A DNA stretch of 64,000 bases. It comes from Myxococcota bacterium. GTDB taxonomy: Bacteria; Myxococcota_A; UBA9160; JAFDDA01. The translations under genes were made by a program, and so were the position numbers. Below, in pieces: positions 9,353-16,073 of this stretch. The stretch is taken from positions 96,001 to 160,000 of the forward strand of contig OZ245817.1 of assembly GCA_965228475.1 (NCBI GenBank). The letters are read 5' to 3'. The notes beneath the pieces were generated by a model. The model searched no databases and had not been told where the DNA came from. It saw only the letters and a program-made list of their open reading frames with translations. How positions within the stretch are numbered: the first letter of the stretch is position 1; every line of letters begins with the position of its first letter.

Positions 9353-10458
9353 GCGCTCTCCATCATCTCGCCGTAGACGGCTTCGAGCTGCTCGATCACG
9401 GCCTCCATGGAGAAGACCTCGACGGCGCGTGCGCGCCCGCTCGCACCCATGCGCAGCCGGAGGTCCCGGTCTTCGACGAGACGCCGGAGCGCTTCGGTCA
9501 GGGCGGCGGCGTCTTCCACCGGAACCAAGAACCCGTCCTCGCCCTCCCGCACCGCGTCCGGAATGGCGCCCACCGGGGTGGACACGACCGGCAGCCCCGC
9601 GCCCATCGCCTCGAGCACGACGTTCGGGAAGCCCTCCCGCCAGGTCGGCAGCACGAACACGTCCGCCTCGTGGTAGAGCTCGAGCACGTCGGCTCGCGGT
9701 CGCGGCGGAAGGCGCTTCACGTGGCCCGCCAGCGCTTCGAGCTCCGGCGTGATCTCCGCGACGAAGTCGGGGTCCTCGGCGCCGATCAGGGTGAAGTCCG
9801 CCTGGGGAAGCGCCCGCGCGGCGGCAAGGAGCTCGCGCACGCCCTTGGCTTCGAGCATCCAGCCGACGAAGAGGATTTTCACGCGCCCCTCGCGCCGCTG
9901 GCTGCGGTCCGGGATCTCCCCGAGGTCCTGGAGCTTGATGAAGTTCGGGACGTAGCGGATGCGATCCTCGTCCGTGATCTCCCGGAAGAGCGCCTCGTTC
10001 GGCCGGGTGAGCGCGATGCAGCGGGTCGCGCGCCGGACGGTGGCGTCGATGAAGAAGCGGAGCCAGCGCGGCGCCCCTTCGACGAAGTCCGGAAAGTCGC
10101 CGCCGCGCGGGTGGAGCGCCGTCTTCGCGCCGGCGAGGCTCGCGAGCCAGATGGCCAGGCCGTCGCGCAGGAACGCCCAGTAGTAGGGCGTGTTCACGTG
10201 GACGACGTCGGGCCGGAAGGTCACGAGCTGGTAGATCCAGCGCGACAGCGTGCGGATCGCGTCGACGGCGCGGTCTCCGCGAAAGCGGCTCTCGCCGCTC
10301 ACCGCCTCGAAGTTCGTGGGGGCGCTGTCGACGATGCGCAGCTCGAAGTGCTCGGCGAGCTCGCTGTTGCGGAGGCCGACGGTCCAGGTCGGAATCCCGC
10401 CCGTCGAGGGCGGGAGCGTGCTCATCATCAGCAGCTTCGGTCGCTTGGCGCGGGGCAT
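9349..10458 (-). CDS. Glycosyltransferase family 4
   Basis: KGVREL, DVFVLPT, EGFPNVVLEAMGAGLPVV (EX7E) motifs. Confidence 0.92.
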   Translation of the reverse strand: MPRAKRPKLLMMSTLPPSTGGIPTWTVGLRNSELAEHFELRIVDSAPTNFEAVSGESRFRGDRAVDAIRTLSRWIYQLVTFRPDVVHVNTPYYWAFLRDGLAIWLASLAGAKTALHPRGGDFPDFVEGAPRWLRFFIDATVRRATRCIALTRPNEALFREITDEDRIRYVPNFIKLQDLGEIPDRSQRREGRVKILFVGWMLEAKGVRELLAAARALPQADFTLIGAEDPDFVAEITPELEALAGHVKRLPPRPRADVLELYHEADVFVLPTWREGFPNVVLEAMGAGLPVVSTPVGAIPDAVREGEDGFLVPVEDAAALTEALRRLVEDRDLRLRMGASGRARAVEVFSMEAVIEQLEAVYGEMMESA

Positions 10459-10495
10459 GGCGGCCGGATCGTAGCGGAGGGCCGGCCCGGGCGGC

Positions 10496-10972
10496 CTACT
10501 CTCCGCCATCCCAGTAGCGGGACATCAGCTCCCCGGCCCAGGCCGGCTGGTGGACCGGCCCGCGCGGCAGGAACTCCTCGAGCACGGGCTTGATGTCGAG
10601 GATCGGGGTCCCCGCGACGGCGTCGAGCTCCGCCACGCGCAGCGTGCGGCCCTCGCGGCCGAGGATCCGGACGACGGTGCTCCCGATCCGGTTCGGCCGG
10701 TTCTTCCCGCGCTGGGCGAAGATGCCGACCGCGGGCCAGTCTTCGCGGTTTCTCGGGTGGCGCGCACCGACGGTGATCTTCTCCGGATCGACCCGGTCGA
10801 AGTGGAAGAGGACCTCCGCGTGGGAGAACGTCTCGATGCCGTCGAGCGCGTCCTCGGGAAACCGGGCATCGAGCTCGATGCGGGCCTCCGTGCCGCCCCA
10901 ATCGTCGTCCCGAACCTGTTCGCGGCCGCCTCGGACATGGCCGATCGCCTGCATCGAGATCGTCTCACTCAT
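10496..10972 (-). CDS. TsaA/TrmO(YaeB)-like SAM-binding methyltransferase
   Basis: ALDGIETFSH, GIFAQRGKNRPNRIG, LDAVAGTPILDIKP. Confidence 0.85.
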   Translation of the reverse strand: MSETISMQAIGHVRGGREQVRDDDWGGTEARIELDARFPEDALDGIETFSHAEVLFHFDRVDPEKITVGARHPRNREDWPAVGIFAQRGKNRPNRIGSTVVRILGREGRTLRVAELDAVAGTPILDIKPVLEEFLPRGPVHQPAWAGELMSRYWDGGE

Positions 10973-11003
10973 GACGCGGGAGGATGCCACAGGCGCGGGG
11001 CGC

Positions 11004-11354
11004 CTAGCCCGGGCGCTCCAGGTATTCTCGGAGGGCGGTCGCGTTGTTCAACTCGGTCTCCTTCGAGCCGAAGAGCAGCGTGTTCGTGCCGCGGCCGAAG
11101 GCCGCGCGGAGTGCGGCGACGCCGCCGGGGTTCGCGTCCAGCTCGGCAAAGTAGCGGCGCCGGAACTCTGGCCACTTCTCGGGGGCGTGCCCGTACCATC
11201 GCCGCAGATCCGAAGAGGGCGCGATGTCCTTCGCCCAGTAGTCGATCGCCGCGTCCGCCTTGGAGAGGCCGCGCGGCCAGAGCCGGTCGATCAGGATCCG
11301 CCGGCCGTCGGTGCGGGCGGGGGCTTCGTAGACGCGTCGGGTCCGGATGCGCAC
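11004..11354 (-). CDS. DUF488 (YeaO-like) protein
   Basis: RVYE..DGRRILIDRLWPRGLSK, APSSDLRRWYGH, NNATAL. Confidence 0.9.
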   Translation of the reverse strand: MRIRTRRVYEAPARTDGRRILIDRLWPRGLSKADAAIDYWAKDIAPSSDLRRWYGHAPEKWPEFRRRYFAELDANPGGVAALRAAFGRGTNTLLFGSKETELNNATALREYLERPG

Positions 11355-11396
11355 GGGCGGCCTCCACCCGTTCGATGCCACGGCCCGAGGGAGGGT

Positions 11397-11708
11397 TCAG
11401 CGGGCGCTCGAACGCTCGAAGCGCGACTCGCGAACCGGCTCCAGGATCTGGAGCGTGTAGCTCTCGTAGAAGCGCTCCCGGCCGAGGCGCTGGGCCGCCG
11501 CGTGCTCCGAGTGCTCCCGCCAGGCAGCCAGGTGTTCGTGGCTCTCGAACTCGATCAGGCTGCAGCGCTCCCCGTCCTCCGCCACGTACACGCGATAGGA
11601 CACGAACCCTGGCATCGCCTCGGCCAGCGTCTGCATGCGGTCCGCCAGCCCATGGAACGCCGGGTCGTGCTCGTCGCGCAGGCGGGAGCGGAACACGATC
11701 GTGACCAT
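11397..11708 (-). CDS. Antibiotic biosynthesis monooxygenase (ABM) family protein
   Basis: MPGFVSY, EFESHEHLAAWREHSEHAAAQRLGRERFY. Confidence 0.85.
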   Translation of the reverse strand: MVTIVFRSRLRDEHDPAFHGLADRMQTLAEAMPGFVSYRVYVAEDGERCSLIEFESHEHLAAWREHSEHAAAQRLGRERFYESYTLQILEPVRESRFERSSAR

Positions 11709-12181
11709 CAGGGGTCTCCTCCGCCGCCCGTCGCGGGCGTGTGCACGACTTCGAGCTTCACGCCGTCCGGGTCGGCGAAGAACGCGGCGTAGTAGCCGTC
11801 GGAGTAGGCGGCGTGGCCCGTGTAGTCGGCCGGCGCGTCGAGGACGTCGCCTCCGGCGTCGCGGACGGCTGCGTGGATCGCATCGACGGCGGCCCGGCTC
11901 TCTGCGCGGAAGGCCAGGTGGTGGAGACCCGGGGCGTACCGATCGACGGCACGGTTTCGCTCGGCGCCCGAGGCGGGACGGACCTCGATCGCGAAGCCCG
12001 GCGCCTTCGGAGGGCCGATGGCCCACGCGGCTCGCTCGGGCCGGGCCCCCGTGAATCCAGCCAACTCCACGCGCTGCCGCCGGTAGCCGAGTGCGCGCAG
12101 GAAGACGTCGTAGAACGGGATCGATCGGCCGGGGTCCGAGACCGAGAGGTCGATGTGGGAGAGCGGGCCTCCGGTGCTCAT
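11708..12181 (-). CDS. VOC/glyoxalase family protein
   Basis: SHIDLSVSD, PGLHHLAFRA, YYAAFFADPDGVKLEVV. Confidence 0.9.
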   Translation of the reverse strand: MSTGGPLSHIDLSVSDPGRSIPFYDVFLRALGYRRQRVELAGFTGARPERAAWAIGPPKAPGFAIEVRPASGAERNRAVDRYAPGLHHLAFRAESRAAVDAIHAAVRDAGGDVLDAPADYTGHAAYSDGYYAAFFADPDGVKLEVVHTPATGGGGDP

Positions 12182-12480
12182 CCGGCGGCCCCCTCGGCGA
12201 TCACGTAGTGTTCGACCACGGGGAACGGGTCGTAGAAGTGGTGGAGGAGCTCCCTCCAGCGGCCGTACCCGGACGAGCCCCGGAAGCCTTCCGTGTGGTC
12301 CTCGAGCGTGTCCCACCAGACGAGCAGCAGATAGCGGTCTTCCGCCTCGAGGCAGCGGCGCAGTTCGTGGCGCTGGTACCCGGCCATGCCGGCGATGATC
12401 GCCTGCGCTTCACGGAACGCGGCTTCGAACTCCGCGGACGTGCCGGGCCGCAGCGGAAGGATCGCGACTTCGAGAACCAT
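12178..12480 (-). CDS. ABM-family monooxygenase
   Basis: MVLEVAIL..FEAAF, LLLVWWDTLEDHTEGFRGS, HHFYDPFPVVEHY. Confidence 0.9.
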   Translation of the reverse strand: MVLEVAILPLRPGTSAEFEAAFREAQAIIAGMAGYQRHELRRCLEAEDRYLLLVWWDTLEDHTEGFRGSSGYGRWRELLHHFYDPFPVVEHYVIAEGAAG

Positions 12481-12561
12481 CCTGGCCTCCGTCGCGCGAT
12501 CCTACCGAATCCGGCTTGCCCTCGACGCTTCCGCCGGGTGATCCTCACGCCGGGAGGGATC

Positions 12562-13206
12562 ATGTCGGCGCGCTTTGCTTTTCCGTTGCTCGAGGATCCG
12601 GGCGAACTCTCCGCCTACGAAGGGTGGAGCCGAGAGACCTACGAGGATCTCATGGCCGTCGCCGCGGGCCGGATGACGCGCGAGGCCTTCGATGCCAGAC
12701 ACCTCGGCCGCGGGGCGGTCCTCGTCCTCGACGTCACGGGCTTCACCGCGTCGACGCTCGAGGGCGGCGCGATCTCGAGCTTCCTGAGGATCCTCGACAC
12801 CCACAAGATCTGCTTCCCGATCCTGCGCGAGAAGGGCGCGAGCTTCATCCGGGCCTTCGCCGACGACCTGGTCGCCCTGTTCGACGATTGCGCGATCGCC
12901 CTCGACGCAGCGCTCGAGATCCACGAGCGGATGAGCGCCTTCGAGACGACCGAGCACGGCCACCGCTACCCGCCGGAGTGTTGCATCGGCATCGGCTACG
13001 GCGACATCTATCGGATCGGTCCGAACCATGCGATGGGCGACGAGATGAACCAGGCCAGCGTGCTCGGGGAAGACATCGCGCGCGGCGGCGAGACCCTCGT
13101 CACCGAAGGCGCACGGAGCGCGCTCACCCACCGGTCCGACGTCCACTTCGCGCCGCAGACCCACGACGATCTGCTCTTCCCCTACTCGCGCGTCGAGCGC
13201 GTCTGA
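12562..13206 (+). CDS. Stand-alone class III (adenylate/guanylate) cyclase-domain protein
   Basis: VLDVTGFT, FADDLVALF, CIGIGYG, GDEMNQAS..GEDIA; GGAGG RBS. Confidence 0.8.
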   Translation: MSARFAFPLLEDPGELSAYEGWSRETYEDLMAVAAGRMTREAFDARHLGRGAVLVLDVTGFTASTLEGGAISSFLRILDTHKICFPILREKGASFIRAFADDLVALFDDCAIALDAALEIHERMSAFETTEHGHRYPPECCIGIGYGDIYRIGPNHAMGDEMNQASVLGEDIARGGETLVTEGARSALTHRSDVHFAPQTHDDLLFPYSRVERV

Positions 13207-13574
13207 CCCTCCCGGTCGAGCAGCAGGGCGCCGACGAGCGCGGTCGACGCCGCGAGGTCCACGAAGACGATGCGTTCGAGCGCTTCGCCGTAGCCGCCGA
13301 CGAGCCACGTGACGACGACGAAGGAGAGCATGCTCACGAGGCCCGCCGCCGCGGCGAGGGACCGCAGCGCCGGGCGCACGGTCGCGGCGAGCAGCAGGCC
13401 TCCGACGATGCCGAAGAGCACGGCCCGATGCCGCAGCAGGATCTCGAGATCCGCACTCGCGACGGAGACGCCGTAGAGCGCTTCCAGGCGTGCGGCGGAG
13501 ACGACCCCGACCAGGGGCGCCAGGTTCACCAAGGCCACCAGGGCGAAGAGGACTCTGGCGATGTTCTCATGCAT
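13182..13574 (-). CDS. Small 4-TM membrane protein
   Basis: Hydrophobic helices; LEALYGV, LEILLRHRAVLFGIVG resembles a conserved hypothetical family. Confidence 0.7.
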   Translation of the reverse strand: MHENIARVLFALVALVNLAPLVGVVSAARLEALYGVSVASADLEILLRHRAVLFGIVGGLLLAATVRPALRSLAAAAGLVSMLSFVVVTWLVGGYGEALERIVFVDLAASTALVGALLLDREGQTRSTRE

Positions 13575-14004
13575 CGGATTCGGAAGAGTCCGCTTCGACC
13601 GGCTGTGCAAAGGCCCAGCGGTGGCCACCCGGGTCGCTCGCCACGTACTGCCGGTTGCCGCCGAAGTGGACGCCGAACTCCGCGCGGATCTCCGCGCCTT
13701 CGGCCTTCGCGCGCGCGTAGTGGGACTCGACGTCCTCGACGAAGACGTAGGTCATGCACGAAACGAAATCCGGATCCGGAACCGCCCGGGTTCCGAAACC
13801 TTCCATCCCGGGCCCGACCAGAATCACCCCATCTCCGATGCGAACTCGCGCGGTGAGGACCGAATCATCCGAGGGGTTCCGCAGCGCGAACTCGACGGTG
13901 AACCCAAAGGCGCGCTCCATGAAGGCAATCGCCGCGCCGGCGTCCGGGTAGTAGAGGTAGGGGACGATCTGTGTCATGTCCGCGGGCGGGTTCGTCGACA
14001 TCAT
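13567..14004 (-). CDS. VOC/glyoxalase (PhnB-like) protein
   Basis: IVPYLYYPDAGAAIAF..AFGF, YARAKAEGAEI, YVASDPGGHRW; GAGGAGG RBS. Confidence 0.85.
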   Translation of the reverse strand: MMSTNPPADMTQIVPYLYYPDAGAAIAFMERAFGFTVEFALRNPSDDSVLTARVRIGDGVILVGPGMEGFGTRAVPDPDFVSCMTYVFVEDVESHYARAKAEGAEIRAEFGVHFGGNRQYVASDPGGHRWAFAQPVEADSSESDA

Positions 14005-14041
14005 CACCTCCTCGGGCTCGGCCTTGGTCGAAGCCCGGCTT

Positions 14042-14404
14042 CTACTCGTCCATCTTTTCGAGGAGGCGTTTCGGCGCGACCTGCCGGTAGCCTTCCTCGA
14101 GGAGTGCCGCCACGAGCTTCCAATCGGGTTTGCGGTCGAGGCGGATGCCCACCCAGCCGCTCGGGCCGACGTAGGGCGGCACGAAGAAGCGTTCCGGATC
14201 GGACTCGACGAGATCCATCTGCTGGTCGTGCAGGGCCTTGCACCACGCGGCGATCCGTCCGTCGCCGTGGTGGTTGTTCCGGTAGTGGGCGAAGAGTTTG
14301 CCGCGCACGCGGAACGTCGGAGCGCCCCAGGCCTCCTTCTCGTGGGCTTCGGGCAGCGCGAGGCAGAGCCGTCGAAGGCGTGCGAGGTGCGGGTTGCCGG
14401 CCAT
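14042..14404 (-). CDS. MmcQ/YjbR family DNA-binding protein
   Basis: LCLALPEA.EK.AWGAPTFRVRGKLFA, RFFVPPYVGPSGWVGIRL. Confidence 0.9.
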   Translation of the reverse strand: MAGNPHLARLRRLCLALPEAHEKEAWGAPTFRVRGKLFAHYRNNHHGDGRIAAWCKALHDQQMDLVESDPERFFVPPYVGPSGWVGIRLDRKPDWKLVAALLEEGYRQVAPKRLLEKMDE

Positions 14405-14453
14405 CCGCGGATTCTATCAGCGTGGGCGCGGCGGGCGGGAAGGAAGCGACCCT

Positions 14454-14987
14454 TCAGAGATCGAGCTCGAAATGAATGTCCTCGGGCTCGAGGGCGTAGA
14501 GGGCGGGGTCCGGTTCCGCCGCGAGCCGGCATCCGAGATGGCGATAGAAGCCGACGGTGTTCTCCGAGGGCGTGGCGGAGACGTAGAGCCGTTTCGCGCC
14601 GAGGGCGCGCGCCTCGGCGGAGGCCAGCTCGAAGAGCGTCCGCCCGAGGCCCGTGCCGCGCTGCGAACGCCCGGCGTGGAGGAACTTCAAGTGGAGCTGG
14701 TCGCTCGCGCGGCCCATGAAGCGGCCATCGAGAACCACGACGCCGACCATCGCGTCGTCTTCGAAAGCGCCGAGGAAGGTTCCGCCGCGGTCGAGACAGT
14801 CGCGTAGGATCGGGCCGTACCGCGCCTCCTCGCCTTCGGGCCATCCGTCGAGGACGTGCCGCTCCGCGTGCCGGACGAGCTCGCCGCCCTCGACGCGGAA
14901 CACCGCTTCGATCACCTCGGAGCGGTCGATCGTCCAGATCCGATCGATCTCGTCGCGGGTGAGATCGCGAATCGCCGGGGCGCTCAT
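14454..14987 (-). CDS. GNAT family acetyltransferase
   Basis: QRGTGLGRTL acetyl-CoA loop; YVSATPSENTVGFY. Confidence 0.88.
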   Translation of the reverse strand: MSAPAIRDLTRDEIDRIWTIDRSEVIEAVFRVEGGELVRHAERHVLDGWPEGEEARYGPILRDCLDRGGTFLGAFEDDAMVGVVVLDGRFMGRASDQLHLKFLHAGRSQRGTGLGRTLFELASAEARALGAKRLYVSATPSENTVGFYRHLGCRLAAEPDPALYALEPEDIHFELDL

Positions 14988-15403
14988 CCGGCGTCGTCCG
15001 CGGGCAGCTCGGCCGAGAAGCTCAGCACATGGCCGTCGCAGTCCTCGATGACGAACTGCCGGAGCCCCCAGGGCCGATCCATGGGCTCTTCCAGAATCCG
15101 GACGCCGCGACTTCGATAGCGTTCGAAGAGCAGGTCGAGCTCCTTCCCGACGTGGAGCCACAGGTAGGTCGACGTTTCGATCGCGGCACCGGGCTCGAGC
15201 GGCTCGAAGCGGATGTGGATCGTCGGCGAGGCGTACGTCGGGTCGGCGCAGACGCGCGCGTGGAGCGGCGGGTCGCCCTCGATGAAATCGACGTGGAAGC
15301 CGAGCGTGTCCCGGTAGAAGGCCACCGTGCGGTGGATGTCCGGGACGACCAGGACGGGCTGCATGCCGTGAAGCTCGAAGGGGGTCAGCTCGCCGGGTTC
15401 CAT
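14984..15403 (-). CDS. VOC/glyoxalase (bleomycin-resistance-like) protein
   Basis: PVLVVPDI..TVAFYRDTLGF, PWGLRQFVIEDCDGHVLSF. Confidence 0.85.
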   Translation of the reverse strand: MEPGELTPFELHGMQPVLVVPDIHRTVAFYRDTLGFHVDFIEGDPPLHARVCADPTYASPTIHIRFEPLEPGAAIETSTYLWLHVGKELDLLFERYRSRGVRILEEPMDRPWGLRQFVIEDCDGHVLSFSAELPADDAG

Positions 15404-15493
15404 CGCGCGCTCCTCGGGGGCCGCGAGAGGCTAGCAATCCGGCCTGGTGGCGGGCCGGGGTGCTTCGCCCGCCACGCTATCCTCTTCGCCGCG

Positions 15494-15581
15494 GGAGAGG
15501 TGGCCGAGTGGTCGAAGGCGGCGGTCTTGAAAACCGCTAGGGCGCAAGCCCTCGTGGGTTCGAATCCCACCCTCTCCGCCA
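15494..15581 (+). tRNA. tRNA-Ser(TGA)
   Basis: GGAGAGG/CCTCTCC acceptor stem, anticodon arm GCGGT-CTTGAAA-ACCGC, long variable arm, GTTCGAATCC, G73-CCA. Confidence 0.97.
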
Positions 15582-15638
15582 GTGACTCAGATGATCTGCC
15601 AGTGCCTCTCCACGAGGGACTCAGATGATCTGCCAGTG
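15571..15638. repeat. 34-bp imperfect tandem duplication spanning the tRNA 3' end
   Basis: cctctccgccagtgactcagatgatctgccagtg (15571-15604) vs cctctccacgagggactcagatgatctgccagtg (15605-15638): 31/34 identical. Confidence 0.9.
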
Positions 15639-16010
15639 ACGCGCCGCGAAGAAGAAAAGCGCGGTGAGCCCCCACAGAACGCCGACGGCGACGCACAGGG
15701 GGCCGGGTCGCCCCGTCTGCCGGATCTCGGCGACGCCCGCCGTTCCCGTCAGCCAGAACAGTCCGAAGGCGCCCGCGAGGCCGACCACCCGGCCTTCCTG
15801 GACCGCGAGGACGAGCGACCAGGCGCCGAACGCCGCGAAGTGGGCGAGGGCTACGAGCCAGATCGGCCCGAGGGTCGGTTCGCGCAGGAGGGGGGCGATG
15901 CGGTCTGCGATGAAGGAGCCGGTCTTGCCCTCGCCGAGCTCCGGGTAGGTCTCCTCGTCCGACCGTCGCGCGCCGGTGTCGGGGGGGTCGATGTCGTGGG
16001 GTCCGTTCAT
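15621..16010 (-). CDS. Hypothetical membrane protein (about 3 TM)
   Basis: Hydrophobic segments; GGAGG RBS upstream of ATG. Confidence 0.65.
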   Translation of the reverse strand: MNGPHDIDPPDTGARRSDEETYPELGEGKTGSFIADRIAPLLREPTLGPIWLVALAHFAAFGAWSLVLAVQEGRVVGLAGAFGLFWLTGTAGVAEIRQTGRPGPLCVAVGVLWGLTALFFFAARHWQII

Positions 16011-16073
16011 CGGAAGGCCTCCAGGGGCACGATAGCCCCCGATGGGCCGTCGGGGGCGCTAGTCTCCGGCGCC

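Noticed and set aside
12562..13574. Pycsar-like defence pair (cyclase plus TM effector)
   Set aside because: The genes are convergent rather than co-transcribed, and the membrane protein shows no cyclic-nucleotide-binding domain
10496..15403. Integron cassette array
   Set aside because: No intI in the window, and genes overlap or are separated by spacers too short for attC sites
15571..15638. Mini CRISPR array
   Set aside because: Only two units, a 13-bp gap between the exact repeats, overlap with the tRNA and a CDS end, and no cas genes
15582..16073. N-terminal extension of the 1071-aa ORF
   Set aside because: It overlaps a plausible minus-strand membrane gene; the signal peptide and TAGTCT -10 element point to a start at about 16074
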